NCBI GenBank assembly: GCA_026023565.1
Contig: JAPETS010000002.1
Span: 806,001-870,000 of the forward strand
Origin: Cirrosporium novae-zelandiae
Taxonomy: Eukaryota
Length of the DNA: 64,000 bases
Direction of reading: 5' to 3'
A program made the translations under genes and the position numbers. Below, piece by piece: positions 10,627 through 23,900 of the stretch. A model generated the notes under the pieces. That model was not told where the DNA came from. It saw only the letters and a list, made by a program, of their open reading frames with translations, and searched no databases. How positions within the stretch are numbered: the stretch's first letter is position 1; each line of letters begins with the position of its first letter.

Positions 10627-13001
10627 CCTCAACGTACCTTCTTCAGGTCTTGGACTGATAATCAATTGCTTTAATGTAATATGTACAATACCGATATTCC
10701 GGCTGTCATTGTGGTGTTTTAGCGATCACGGTTTCTATGGTGCAATGCCATGCGGAGTTAAACCCTTTTGGTCTCCTTATCTCACATTTCCTTGGGAGTG
10801 TTTAGCAGGGATGACGATATAAATAGGTGTAGGGGAAATTCTTGGAGAGAAAAAAATGTCTAAATATGGATATTCTATGGCAATGGAATGGCGTTTCTGG
10901 AGTGAAGAACTTTATATTCTGTTTATTCTTACCACAATTCTACTGTCACAGGTGTACCTATAGTCTTCTTTCGAATGGCTGAGAAAATTATTTGACGACA
11001 ACTATGTTTGCATTCTTTTCTTTTTTTTTCTTCCTTATTTCCCCCCTTAAGGGGAGCGAGCTGTTAAGTTAGCAGGTATAACATAGCATTAACATGGCAA
11101 CGGGAAAACTTATACATCTTTGGATGCTGAGCAACCCAATGGCATTCTATTCCTGGTCATTCTCTAGACCTATAACTATTCATGTCCTTGAGTATGAGTA
11201 CGAGTATTATGGCTACTAGGATATAGATATTGGCTTAGAATATACTTTTAACTCTAAGGGGTATGTACAGGATGTATGAGTGGATAAGTAGGGACCAATT
11301 ATCTATTATACTACTGCTCACGTGATCTATCTATGCGTTGAATTCCTAGGGTATAGATATCTATATCTATATCTATATTTTATATAGATGGCTCAGGATA
11401 TAAATGCGTAGTAACAAGGAGAATGTGTAAAGTTTTTCAATAATAGATAAGGCATTAAGTAAGTAGGGTGGTTTGCGATTGGGGAAATTTAAATAGAAAA
11501 TGCTCATTCATTCATTTAGGGCCTCCAAGTCAGTAGAATACCCGAATAGGGGGATATCCCAGGAGCATTTGCTTCCTCGCTCAAAAGCTGAATAGAGAGA
11601 GTACTTACTACCCTACTCAATTACCCAAATGACTCAATAATAAATATATCCCCAAAAACTTATTCTCTCCAAGTACCTATATATAAAAAGTTTTCACACG
11701 GTAATAAATAAATAGATAAATAAAATGTTCAAGATGATTATGTAGGTGGTTTTCTACATCGCGATGGATAGATGGGAAAAAAGAAAGCTATTAATCTATT
11801 TATTTAATTACTTTTGTTTTCGGGTTTTCGGGATTCAAATTTTGGTTTTGGTTTGGGCTTGGGGGCTTTGTGGGAGCAAAGGATGGAATGATGGGTGGGT
11901 GAATTGGAGGGTAGGGTAGGGGAATTAGGATTGCTGGAGTTCGGTGGAGGGAGTATGGAGGTATGGAAAAAATGTGGGATGTGAGTAAGTGAGTGTGAGA
12001 GTGATTTTTAGGGGGGGGGAGGGCAAGTTGATCTGCTTTATTTGTTAAGTAGGATTATACCCAGGTCGAGAGATTATTGTTATTTCCATGATTTTTATGG
12101 AAATCACACTGCTGCTGGTTACCGCCTCTAACAATTTTGCACATCTAAGAGCGGGCCAGCTTTATAAGTAGAATAGGAGGGGAAGGGGGGCCAGAAATAT
12201 CTAAAATTGCTAATTTGTTCCAAAATATTTTTTTCTATAAATCAATAAGAGAGGCTTGTAGAAGTAGAGAGATAGAAGTGGAGGTAAAGGTGGGGGAGAG
12301 GGGGGTAAAAAAATAACATAAATACAAAAAGCTGAAGTAGAAGTTTGATGTTAGCTAGCGGAAAATCCTTGAGCAATATTAAAAAGAAAAACATAATGAA
12401 GAAAAAAATAACGAAAAGGAAAAGAAGAAAAAGAAGAAGGAGGAGGAGGAGAAGAAGAAGAAGAAAAAGAAGAAGAGATGGCCTCTCCGTATTGAACAGG
12501 ACAATTCGAGAAGAAGAAAAAGGAAAAAATTGTCTGCCGCCCACCCGAGTTTCTTTCGCTTTAAGAGATCACACGAATACCACCCACCCAAAAAATTTTG
12601 GGGATGTTTTCTCTCTTCATCCCGTGGTTGCAGAGCAAAAAGCTCGTTAATTGATATAGATGCTTCCTGCAATATTTTCACACCTCAAATTTATATTTTT
12701 TGCTCCTCTTTCTGTATTTGAACTCCAAAGTGCTGTGGAGAGCCAAGGAGGAAAAATAGAGACAGAAAATATAAGAGTGAGAAGAGGGAAGGAGGAAGGG
12801 AGGAGAAATTTAACGAGTGTTGTTCGATGTGTGGGGCGAATTGTTACCGCCCATGATGTTCAACGTAGTGACAAAGCCACAGGTAGGAATATGTATTTGG
12901 TTTCCCAAGTTCAATTTGGTGTTGGCTTCGCCTCTATTCACAAGTACCATTTCCAAAATCGGCGAAGAAGAAGAAAAAAGTGTTTGTCTCTAAGGTCGGG
13001 C

Positions 13002-13407
13002 TTAGGCGGAGGCCGTGTCAGAATCCGATGATGGAGGGCGATTGGATTTGTTTTTAGAAGCATCATTGGCACTGTTCCTGCAGTCACCTGTTTATCGAGG
13101 AAAATGTATTATTAGTAGCTATAGCTAATGGTAAATAGATGGTTTTTTTTGTTCGGGGGAAGCCGTACTGCATTGCTCATTCAGCCGATATTCTCTACAG
13201 AAAAATCGAGTTTGTTAGCGTATATATTTCTCCCGCGGTTAGTTTTATTAAAGTAGAAAGGGAGGCAAACAAAAAGTCGGAAGGAACATACACTTCAACG
13301 ACGTTGGGAGGGCATCGCACATGTGTCTGCTCATACTGGACGCACCATGCCTTAACTAGATAGCGGTAGTGCTTGCATTTATACTGAACTTGCTTATGGT
13401 CGCACAT
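13002..13407 (-). CDS. 75-aa Cys/His-rich microprotein, three exons, unknown function
   Basis: Exons 13407-13292, 13194-13169, 13087-13002. Introns GTATGT...GCTAAC...TAG and GTACGG...CTAAT...CAG. Spliced frame is intact: MCDHKQVQYKCKHYRYLVKAWCVQYEQTHVRCPPNVVEVEYRLNEQCSDCRNSANDASKNKSNRPPSSDSDTASA*. Confidence 0.75.
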
Positions 13408-15501
13408 GGCGGGTCTCGGGATGGCTTGTAAGGTCAGGCGGCTAGACGGAATGAACAAACGGCCGGTATGGTCCAGGCAGTTATGCAGATCCAAATAACA
13501 AGAATCCAACAAGTTCAACAAATGTAGGGCTTGGTATTATCCAACGATTCCCGAAGCGTCAAAGGATCAGAGAAAACTTGAAATCAATTGGTACAATTTG
13601 GTAACGAAAGGGAGATGCTGCTGCTGCTGACAGGCTGCACAATAAAGTATCTATCAGTTCGATATGAAAAGTGAGCGCTTTCTTCATATGCGTCCATCCG
13701 GGACATGGCCAATCTAAATAAACAGCTAGTATTCATATATTAGAATTAATTTATTGGCCCATTCAAGCTAGGATTGTTTTGTGGCACTCGATTTGTACGA
13801 TAGCGAGTCAAAGAGCCGCAGTGACTGTCTGATGCCCTTTGAGTCAGCGGGCTAGAATTGAAGCGATGGTGCTCTGAAACCTGGAGTTGAGGATAGGATT
13901 AGCCAAGCTGAATGGTCTTGAAGGCTTGAGAAATCTCCGCAATTTAGGGGAGTAACGTAATCTATGTGGAAGCGGGCAGGAACCCAGAAGCGAGGAAATC
14001 CCATCAAATCCCATACATATGACCGAGGGAAATAGACAAAGGTGAAAATTTTTGATGTTCCTGGATCACGATCGTTTGTCTCACATTGGTTCAATGGCCT
14101 TTGATTGACAAGTGCCAGACTGGCAGTAGCTGGATAATTAGCTGATAGTTAGTCTTGGAGCCATGGACCGTAGTCGTTGAACGGATCCTAATTCTCGGAC
14201 GCTCCAAACATCTGCCGGCTGGTAAAGCTAGTGTACTGTGCCATAGACTTATAATATCAAGCAGCTACTTGGTACTAAACACCATAGGATCGTCGGGACC
14301 TGAATAGTAAGGCCAGATCGCTGGGTTGCTTAACCTGTTTTACGCTGGTTCTGCCTCCGGTATAATGTACCATATTAGTAAGATGAAGTATACCGTATAC
14401 GGGGATAATGAAAAACACTCCTTCATCAAACTTCTAATGGCATCTGATGGTGGCTCACTTTTACCATATTTGTCTCAGGACAAGGTAAAACACGTTATGC
14501 ATTGAGGGGGTAGATTGGGCGAGGGGGGGACCATGGGGTGGCAATTATAACCCATTTGAGATTTCTTTCATCTTTGCTACTCGAGTAAATCGTTTGCTGC
14601 ACCCCTGTCTGATCAGTCTTAACTTACTTTTTATATGTATAGTAAGAAGAAGGTACGGAGCCCAACGGTCCGCGGGGAGTAAGAGCCTAAACTAAACGAA
14701 CCGTTATCTGAGCCCAATATCTGAAATCTTTTATCAATCATCCTACTTACATTACACGGTACACACCCTTTTGAACAAAGGGAAACCGAACGTAATACCC
14801 TATTGTTTGATGGTCCTTCAGGCAAGGCCATGCACACAACAGTTAACAGTTAAGCCACAATCACATATATCTGTTACCTATAGGGTCTCCATTTCCGATG
14901 TTAGCTTTAGTTACAGCGCGGAATTCAGGACCCGAAGGCTTCAAGTCATCAGGTCGCCGCTACCTCTTTCCCCATTCCGTTTTTTAATCCATTGGGCATC
15001 CTCGATTCGACTTTCTTGAAGCCTTGGCAACCACACCTTCCTAATCTTTCTCAATCAAAACATTGCCACCCTAAATCCATGCTAGGTAGTCAACCTCCCC
15101 TTATTGATAACAACTCGCAAACGCAGGATTATTGAAAGCCTCCACGCTTTGACTGTCAGGTTACTTCTGATCAACCACAATTTGTGAAAGCGCGAAAATG
15201 AACGCAGTATAATCAGGCCAGTGACTCGCACATGGCAAACAATAATCATCATCAATCACTGACCAAATTGATTCACAGAATTATTCACACAGCAACCAAA
15301 ATGGTTTAGCACCACCTTACCTCTGTGCCCATCATGGGACAACGAGGGTAGTTCAATCCAAAATCTAACCGATCATGATACCCGGAGGACGAGAAAACCA
15401 GCATGTGTGCTAGAATAACGGGTATCTTAGATCAAAACTACAGAGGTTGCAAGAAAAAAAACATTAAACAATTATGGTGTACACTCTCTCACTATAGACC
15501 A

Positions 15502-17508
15502 TTATTCTGTCATGTCGAGCCAACCTTTTGACATTTCGACCGCTCTGGTCCAGCGTTTAAACATCTTGGCGCTATCCTCATTCGATATTTGAGGCTCGAA
15601 AATGGTTCGATCGTTTCGGTTGATGTTCTTTAATTCGTCAAAGGTCTTCCATGTTCCAACGGCAAAGCCTGCTGCAATCGCTGCACCAAGTGCAGTCGTT
15701 TCTCGCATAACTGGGCGTTCAACGGGGATACCAATAATATCGGCTTGGGTCTGGAACATTGAGACTCAAAGATTAGCGTACGATGGCTCCACATGGTGTC
15801 TTACAGCTGAGGGGAGCCGAAGAGAGGCGAGGGGATATGAAGGGGCGTAATCATGGGGAGGAAACCCCGCATTCAAGGATCAAGATAGTTGGCACTTGTG
15901 TGCTCTGACCGAAGAATAGGAATTTTCTGCTTGATACTTAAATAGGGTTGGTTACAGCTCACCTGCATGCATAAATTTGAATCACTCATCCCACCATCAA
16001 CTGCAAGCACTTCCAATGCATGTCCGCTATCCTTTTCCATCGCGTCCAATATTGCCTTTGTTTGAAAACAAGTTGCTTCCAACGTTGCTCGAGCAATATG
16101 CCCTTTCGTTGTATGTTGAGTGATGCCAACTGTTACCATGATCAGTACCACTATACACAATTAGAAGAATCGCGATTTTGCGCATACAAATAGTTCCTTT
16201 AGCATCATCGATCCAGTACGGGGCAAAAAGACCGCTGAATGCTGTAACAAAAACACACCCCCCGTTATCTTTGACGGTTGCAGCAAGCTCATTAATCTTG
16301 CTAGATGATTCAATGAAACCAAGATTATGCACCAGAAACTTAACACCACTTCCTGCTACAGCTATGCTGCCTTCAAGGGCATAAGTGGGCTTTCTACCAC
16401 AACCAAAATCATATGCCACAGTAGCTAAAAGACCATGCTCAGAGATGACAGGCTTATCGCCAACATTATATAGTAAGAAACAGCCAGTGCCGTAAGTGTT
16501 CTTAGCCATCCCGGGGGAGAACCCGCTTTGCCCGACAAGAGCAGCAGATTGATCTCCGAGACACCCGGTGATACGAATCCCTTTCAGTATACCAGAGACA
16601 ATTGAACCGAACGCTTCAGGGTCAGAAGATGGCACAATCTTGGGAAGGCTGATCTTATTTCTGTCGAGCTGAAAAAATTCCAGTAGCGTATCATCATACT
16701 CCAGTGTATGAAGATTTGCAAACATTGTTCTCGATGCATTGGTGGCATCGGTGACAAACACATTATTTGCCTTCCCACCGTTTAAATTATATAAAAGCCA
16801 AGTGTCCACCGTCCCAAAGGCCAATTTTCCTTGTTCATACGCTCTCTTGACCTTTTGATCCTTCCTTAAAAGCCAGGTGAGCTTGAGTGCGGAGGGGTAG
16901 GTAGATAAAGGCAGCCCACAAAGCTCCTGAAGCCTTTCAGCTCCCTTCCGCTCTTTGAGCTCCCGGACAATATTTTGAGTTCGTGTATCAGGCCAAACGA
17001 TGGCATTGTGGAGTGGGACTCCAGTGTCCCTATCCCAGACCAAAGTGGTCTCTCTTTGATTGGTGATGCCAATCGATCTGATGTCTGATATCGAATATCC
17101 TTGCTTCACGAAGGCTCTTGTGGCAACTTCAATACATTTCTCGACTGATACAATAATTTCGTGTGGATCTTGCTCATGCCACCTGGTAGAGCGAAAGATC
17201 CAATTAGTCTAGGGATAACAAGTCGGGAGAAAATATAGATCTAGCACTTACCCTGAATGTGGGTACATTTGTTTGAACTCAATCTGATGCCAAGCAACGG
17301 GAATACCATCGCGATTGAAGATCAGGAACCTGGAACTGGTGGTGCCCTGGTCAATTGAGCCGATAAAGCCAGCTTTGATCGAAGCATCCTGATCTTGTTC
17401 CTCGTTTTTTTGCGGCTGTTTGTGGCCCGTGATACTAGTTCCAGGCTGTTTAGAACCAAGGAAAGCTGGAGAAACAGAAGATGAGCTTGCCATTGTCGAA
17501 GACTGCAT
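15502..17508 (-). CDS. GUT1: Glycerol kinase (FGGY family)
   Basis: [62 protein letters not shown] and ETTALGAA motifs; introns near 17250-17184, 16194-16132 and 15962-15751. Confidence 0.95.
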
Positions 17509-18651
17509 GATGAAACCTGGTCAGGCACGTGCGAACTGGAGCGATTCAATTGAATCGAAGAATTATTGGGTCGGCTCTTTGGATTAGCAGCCACAGCAGT
17601 CGCCGTCACCTTAGTCCTAGCGGTGAAATTGACAGGCTTGGTTGGTCGCTTTGAACAGCTGCTGAAAGGAGGAGGCGTGGAACTATTAGTGGTTTGATCG
17701 GTCTGGAGATAGGTATGTAAATGGAAAGCCCTTGAACAGAAATTGCTTAAACTGGTTGAACTGTGCAGGGAAGCTGGTAAAGAGTTGGGGATATTCGCAA
17801 TAATAGGAGCAAGAATTATTTGCCTGAAATCTGCCATCAATCACATTCAAGGAACTTCTGCAGGTTCCTTTTTAAAGGATTGGAGGGAGACGCGGGGTAG
17901 GGTAGTGAGAGTAGCGAGTCAAAATGGATAAAATGAGGGGACAAGAGCTGGTCGTGCTCTCCCAAGACCCAGGGGGGGGAAGGGACAATAGAAGCCCAAA
18001 GAGGGTCTCGTGGAACATGTCGGAGGCATCGGATTAACTAAAGAGGGCGTGTAAGTACTGTTCATGACTGTGGATCCAACCCCACAATGATGAGGTTGGA
18101 TTCGGACAACAAACAGTTTGCCACCACTTTCTCTATTTTTTTCCCTTCAATGTATCTAGATTGCACTGGGTGGAGCAGTCTAACACATTCTATGTCGATG
18201 ATCTACCTTAGAGTAAAAAGTAGTTATTTTATATTTTATTTCTTCGAATTGATACACGAAAGCATTAGCAGTTGAATTAATCAACTTTCCACTATCTTTG
18301 TTGTATCACATTCCCCGGTTTAGGTTTCTGGAAAGCTTCCATACCTCGGGATCAGATTTTGCTACACCCCGGACCCTGTACTACTCTATTTTTTTTATCA
18401 TTTATGTGAACACCCCTTCATACTACTTCCTAAATCTACATATTCTATTATACTTCAAGTTATTCACATTATTTGCTTGTGTCATTGCATGACAGTACAG
18501 GTCAACATTGAGGTACCAAACGTGGGCTTTTCAAGTTGCCCTTTCATAATTATAAAGCGATATCAACGCCATTAGACGAAACCATACAAACCCTAGTCAT
18601 CAGTAGAAAAGAGGAAAACTTCACTTTCTTTTAGAAGGATATCGCTTGCTC

Positions 18652-19877
18652 TTATTCCTTGTCTGGTATCTTCTTTCCCTTTTCATTATCTCCTATTTCT
18701 TCTTCTTCTTCCGCCGTCTTATTCTGCCTTTGTTCTCCCTCATCATCCCCGACCTCTCGCGGTTGATTGTTCCTTACTGCCTTTATTCTTTCAGCTATAT
18801 TTGGATGATGCGTTATTCTGTCTGCAATTTGTCCTCGGCCAATAAGGCTGACAGTGATGCTAGCCCCCACAATGAAGGTTAGAACGAAACGGTACATAGA
18901 GTACCATGGAGGTGCGAGCCCGTGAACAGAAGCTCGAGCATCAGAATAATAAAGGAATGAAAATGCGAAGAACTGGGTGATCAAGGCATACTATGGTGTT
19001 CAGTTAGCCAGAGTACATGATGTATTGAGAATCTGTCCGTACCTCAACCGGCATGAGTATCGTGGGCCATGCTACTGCAGAGGCAAGAACACCAGTGGCA
19101 TAACGTCTATAGCTCTGGACACCCCCAAACTTCGCCCACTCAAGGCCCCAATGAATAGCCCCTAGGAAGGATAAGATCTAGTTACCAGATTTAGGATTTA
19201 GTATTACCCTTGTCCTGGATAGTATGCACCATAAAGACTCACCACCGCACCATATCCTATTTGTATTGGTTCTAACATGTGTAAGAGGAGCTCCGCAGTT
19301 TGTGGAGAAAAGAAGTAACCGACGCCGCTTTCAGCAGCATGGGTCATATCCCAAGCAAGGTAAAGAGTTGACATAGAAGTTGCAAGATATGGGAGAACAC
19401 CAGCCAGCCCAAGGTATAATGCATCCCTTGGAACTTCAGCAAGAGCGAAGGTATCTTTGATTGTGTTCTGGGATATTCTCTTAGTTTGAATATTTTATGG
19501 TTTATAGGAGTTAGTTGATGATTTACCAGATCATCCTTAATACTAGCCATTGTATCGACCTCCTTCTCTCCATCTTCAGCTTTCATTTCCCCAAATATAG
19601 GACGCACACTTGAACTAGTTGAGACCTCTTCTGGATGAGGTTGAATTTTGGCATGGAACACTTTCTCTTGATCAGTTGAGGCAAACCTTTGCAAAGCCAA
19701 CGGCAATGGCTTGCGTTGTGCCAGTGCGAGACATGTTGGACGGGATGAAGGAATTGAACGAGCAAAAGTGGTCAATTGGGCTCTTTGAAGACCTGTTTTA
19801 GAGGTCAAGCGAACTGATGGTGAGAGGAGATTAGTTAAAGGTTTAGAAGTGATACGCGCAGTGCCAGCGCGAAACAT
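18652..19877 (-). CDS. DUF3429/TMEM69-like mitochondrial membrane protein
   Basis: Arg/Ser-rich presequence-like N-terminus (MFRAGTARITSKPL...LQRFAST). Spliced core contains FIGAxHWG-type and RRYATGV..AVAWPT segments, plus APPWYSMYRFVLTFIVG; three short introns. Confidence 0.75.
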
Positions 19878-20950
19878 GATGGCAACCAAGGTTGAAATTG
19901 AATTGAAAGGTCCTAGAATCAAAAGAAGTACAAATTAAGTGTTGGGTTGTGTCAGGTGGTACGAGGCTAAGGGGGGGGGGAGTATTAAGAGGGTATTTAT
20001 GATGAGAGAAGCTGATAGAAAGAGGGTGGAGTTCAGCCAAGTTTGTCGAAGAAGGGACGGATGGGTACACAATAACTACGTATGCGGTACCGTGTAGATT
20101 AGATATAGTGTTGAAGACACGCAGAAAAAATGAGAAATGATAGGTTTAGATTTTCTTTGGCAGATGACTACTGCAATACTTTGCAAAACTGGGATAATTA
20201 TTAATTGGTCGTTTGAATCATTTAAGACCTTAGGAATATCATTATTGTAGGTCAGATGTTTAGTAGGGGAGAAGGCAAGAGAAAAAAACCTGGTTGAGAA
20301 GAGAGGTTTCTTGGAGGGGAGGAAGAAAGGGAAAAGAGGAGAAGGAGGAGAAAGGATTGTCATCTACATCTACCTAGGTACTCGAGTACTGTGCTTAGTA
20401 CCACCACTTATCATCTGTGGTTATGCTTCTTTGACGTCATCTTTTTTTCGGTGGGGTACAGGGAAGCAAAAGGAGCAACAGGAGCGACCCAAGTCTTAGC
20501 CACTAAGCTAACCGTGGCTATTTCGTGGCTCCTACCACACAGTAACCGTGGCAGTCTCGTAGATCATTAAAACAGATAATAGTCTACGTAGCTTTCTCAA
20601 CCCACACTCACTCCACTCTATTTTCTGAATATTCCCCATTCTACCTCACCTTTCCCTTTGGAACATCAAACCTTTTGCGACTGACTCTGTCCTCGTCGCC
20701 GGACCGACATTTCTTAGATTTCGAAGACCACACACTCCTCTTAATCCACCGGGAATAGTGTATTTAATCTGCGCTTACCCTATACGTATGTTTCTATATT
20801 GAAGCCCAAGGCCGTCCATACTGCCTGCGTACGCCACCGACCTGCATGGCCTGTATAACATCCAGAATACGGTACTCGAAGACCGGCCCCGCTTGAAGTT
20901 GAACGAAAATAATATTTCCCTGGCCAGGGTGAAGGCCATCTACCGCAAAA

Positions 20951-23900
20951 ATGCTTGAAGGACTTGTGGCTACTCTGCTCAATCGATTCCTGGGCATGTA
21001 TGTCAAAAACTTTGATCCAAAACAATTGAATGTTGGCATCTGGTCTGGCGATGTGGTCCTTCGCGATCTTGATCTCCGCAGAGAAGCTTTGGATCAGCTT
21101 CGTTTGCCTGTTAACGTCGTCGAGGGTCATCTTGGGCGGCTTTCGCTGTCTATTCCTTGGTCAAACCTTCGAGGTAAACCTGTCCGAGTCAATATAGAAG
21201 ATGTCTTCCTCCTTGCAGCACCCCGGGAAGATGCCGACTACGATGCGGAGGAGGATGCAAGAAGAGCACAAGCAGTGAAAATGGAGAAGCTGGAAAACGC
21301 TGAATTGCTAAAAGATAGAAATACTGAAGGAATGAGCCAGGAGGAGCAGCAGAAACAACAAAGCTTCACATCGAGTATGGTAACGGCGATTGTGGATAAT
21401 CTCCAAATCAGCATCAAGAACATACATATACGATACGAAGATTCTATCGCAACCCCGGGTCACCCTTTCGCTCTTGGGTTCACTCTTCGAGAAATTAGTG
21501 CCGTGAGCACTGATGAAAACTGGAGGCCGACATTTATCCAATCCACATCAGGCAATACCCACAAACTTGCTACGCTGGGGGCATTGTCATTTTATTGGAA
21601 CACGGATGCGACACTCTTAGGCACGGGCAAGGGCACCGATGATGGATCAATCTCTCCAAAGGCTGGCCATGAAGAGCTGATGGGTAGGTTCCGGGACGCC
21701 ATTGAAAATACTGAGAATCACCAATACATTCTCAAGCCTGTTAGTGGACGTGCTGGCCTTGAGATGGATAAGACTGGGAAGGTAGACAGACCAAAGATTA
21801 AAGCAAGGCTATTATTCGACGAGCTTGGTTTTACTCTTGATGAGGATCAATATCGAGACGCACTAATGCTTGTCGACCTCTTTCATTATTTCATCCGCCA
21901 TCAGGAATATAAGAAGCTACAACCAAAGTGCTCCCCGAAGGAAGATCCAAAAGCATGGCTCAAGTTTGCCGGTCAAGCTGTACTTACCCAGATCCATGAT
22001 CGTAATCGTCGGTGGACTTGGGATTATTTCCGAGACCGACGAGATGATCGAATTCGATACATTCAACTGTTTAAGAAGCGAAAACAAGAACAGAAGCTTA
22101 CCACCGATGAATCTAGTGATCTGAAAAGGCTCGAGGAAAAACTCAGTTACGAAGACTTGAGGTTTTGGCGGTCTCTTGCTAGAAACCAATTAAGAAAGGA
22201 AAACGTAGGTGTTAAGAAGCCTCCACCAAAACAATCTTGGTCATCCTGGGTGTGGGGTTCAGGTCAAAAGGAAGAACAGACCGAAAATGATACTGCGATA
22301 ACAGAAGAACAACGGAAGGAACTATACAATATGATTGACTGGGACGAAAAGAAAGCAATCGCTGAAAGTGTTGATGTGCCCCGCGACTCGGTAATGCTTC
22401 AGGTCGAATCAAGCCTTCGAACTGGTAGTTTTACTCTTAAACGTGACCCGCAAGGAAGAGCAAATGAAATTCTTCGTCTTGTTTTTGATAATTTTCAAGC
22501 CAAGGCTCTACAGAGACCCGATTCCTTCCTCGCGGATATCAAGCTTGGGGGCTTAAGAGTGTATGATGGCACAACCCGAGGAACATTATTTCCACAAATT
22601 GTGCGTGTTAAGGACGTGCCAGCTGCTCCGGCAGAGGATGAAGATGAAACATTTGGACATAATGAAGATGCTACAGATATTACTCAAACGCCGAAGGATG
22701 AGGTAGCCCCAGAGTCTCTATTTCACTTGCAGTTTGAGCAAAACCCGCTGGATGGGAGCGCAGACTCGGCTATCACTATGAAGCTTAAGAGTATAGAGGT
22801 TATATACAACCCCAAATTCATTGTAGAAATTGCGAAGTTCTTCAAACCACCAGAACGTCATATGGAGTCGATTGGTGCTTTGATGCAAACAGCCGGAGCA
22901 ACTGTCGAAAGTATTCGCCAGCAAACTCGAGCCGGGCTCGAATTTGCTTTGGAAGAGCATAAGACAATAAATGCCATGCTTGATATCCAAGCCCCCCTCA
23001 TAATAGTGCCAGAAAGTATCATCCAAGAGAGCACACTTTGCTTGATATTCGACGCAGGCCATGTGAGCCTCAATAGTGAACTCGTCGATAAAGAGACCCT
23101 TCGTGACATTCAATCCAAAGAGAGAAAAAAGTATACCGACGAAGATTTGAAGCAACTGCAAGGTCTCATGTACGACAAATTTCTTCTAAAGTTGGATTCT
23201 ACTCAAGTCTTGATCGGGCCTGGGATAGCAGAAACCAAAGCTCAATTAGAGGCAAACGATGACTCCAAGAACTACCATCTCATCGATCGAATTAATATGG
23301 ATTTCGTACTTGAAAATTGCATCATACCTAAAGCAGCAGACTTGACGAAAACGAGGGTTTCCGGCCATCTGGCGGTGTTGCATGCTTCCATTTCTGACAA
23401 GAAGTACAAAAATTTGATGAGATTGATTGATATAGCTGTCCCTAAATTCGAAAATGAACATGATGATTTCAGTGCAAAAGAACTCCCTAGTCAATCAAGC
23501 AAGAAACATCTAACGCCCAAAGACGAGCGACCACGCTCACGCTCACGCTCAAAATCATTCCAACGCCCTGCTTCGGAGCAAGACCTGATTATGGATGACG
23601 AATCCGCAGATGAAGGTAGAAGCCAAGCTGGGTCGCAATTACTTCAACCAGATACAACAGTTAATCCGGAACAAAGAAACTTCCAGTTCACATTTACCGT
23701 TGATAAACTTCAGGGATCCCTTTATCGTTCTGACCCAGAGGAGAAAAGACCCGATCAATTATTGGCAGAACTCGTCGCCGAACATTTTCAGTTTAACTTC
23801 TACCTACGACCTTATGATATGATTGCAGAGACTATTCTCAAATCATTGAACGTCGACGATCATGTTGAACAAGACCAGATTCCAGAGTTCAGAAAAATTA

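Noticed and set aside
12242..12721. Poly-Arg/Lys and poly-Leu/Phe ORFs, and similar ones at 35433-35766
   Set aside because: Artefacts of purine/pyrimidine low-complexity tracts. The resemblance between the two loci is compositional only.
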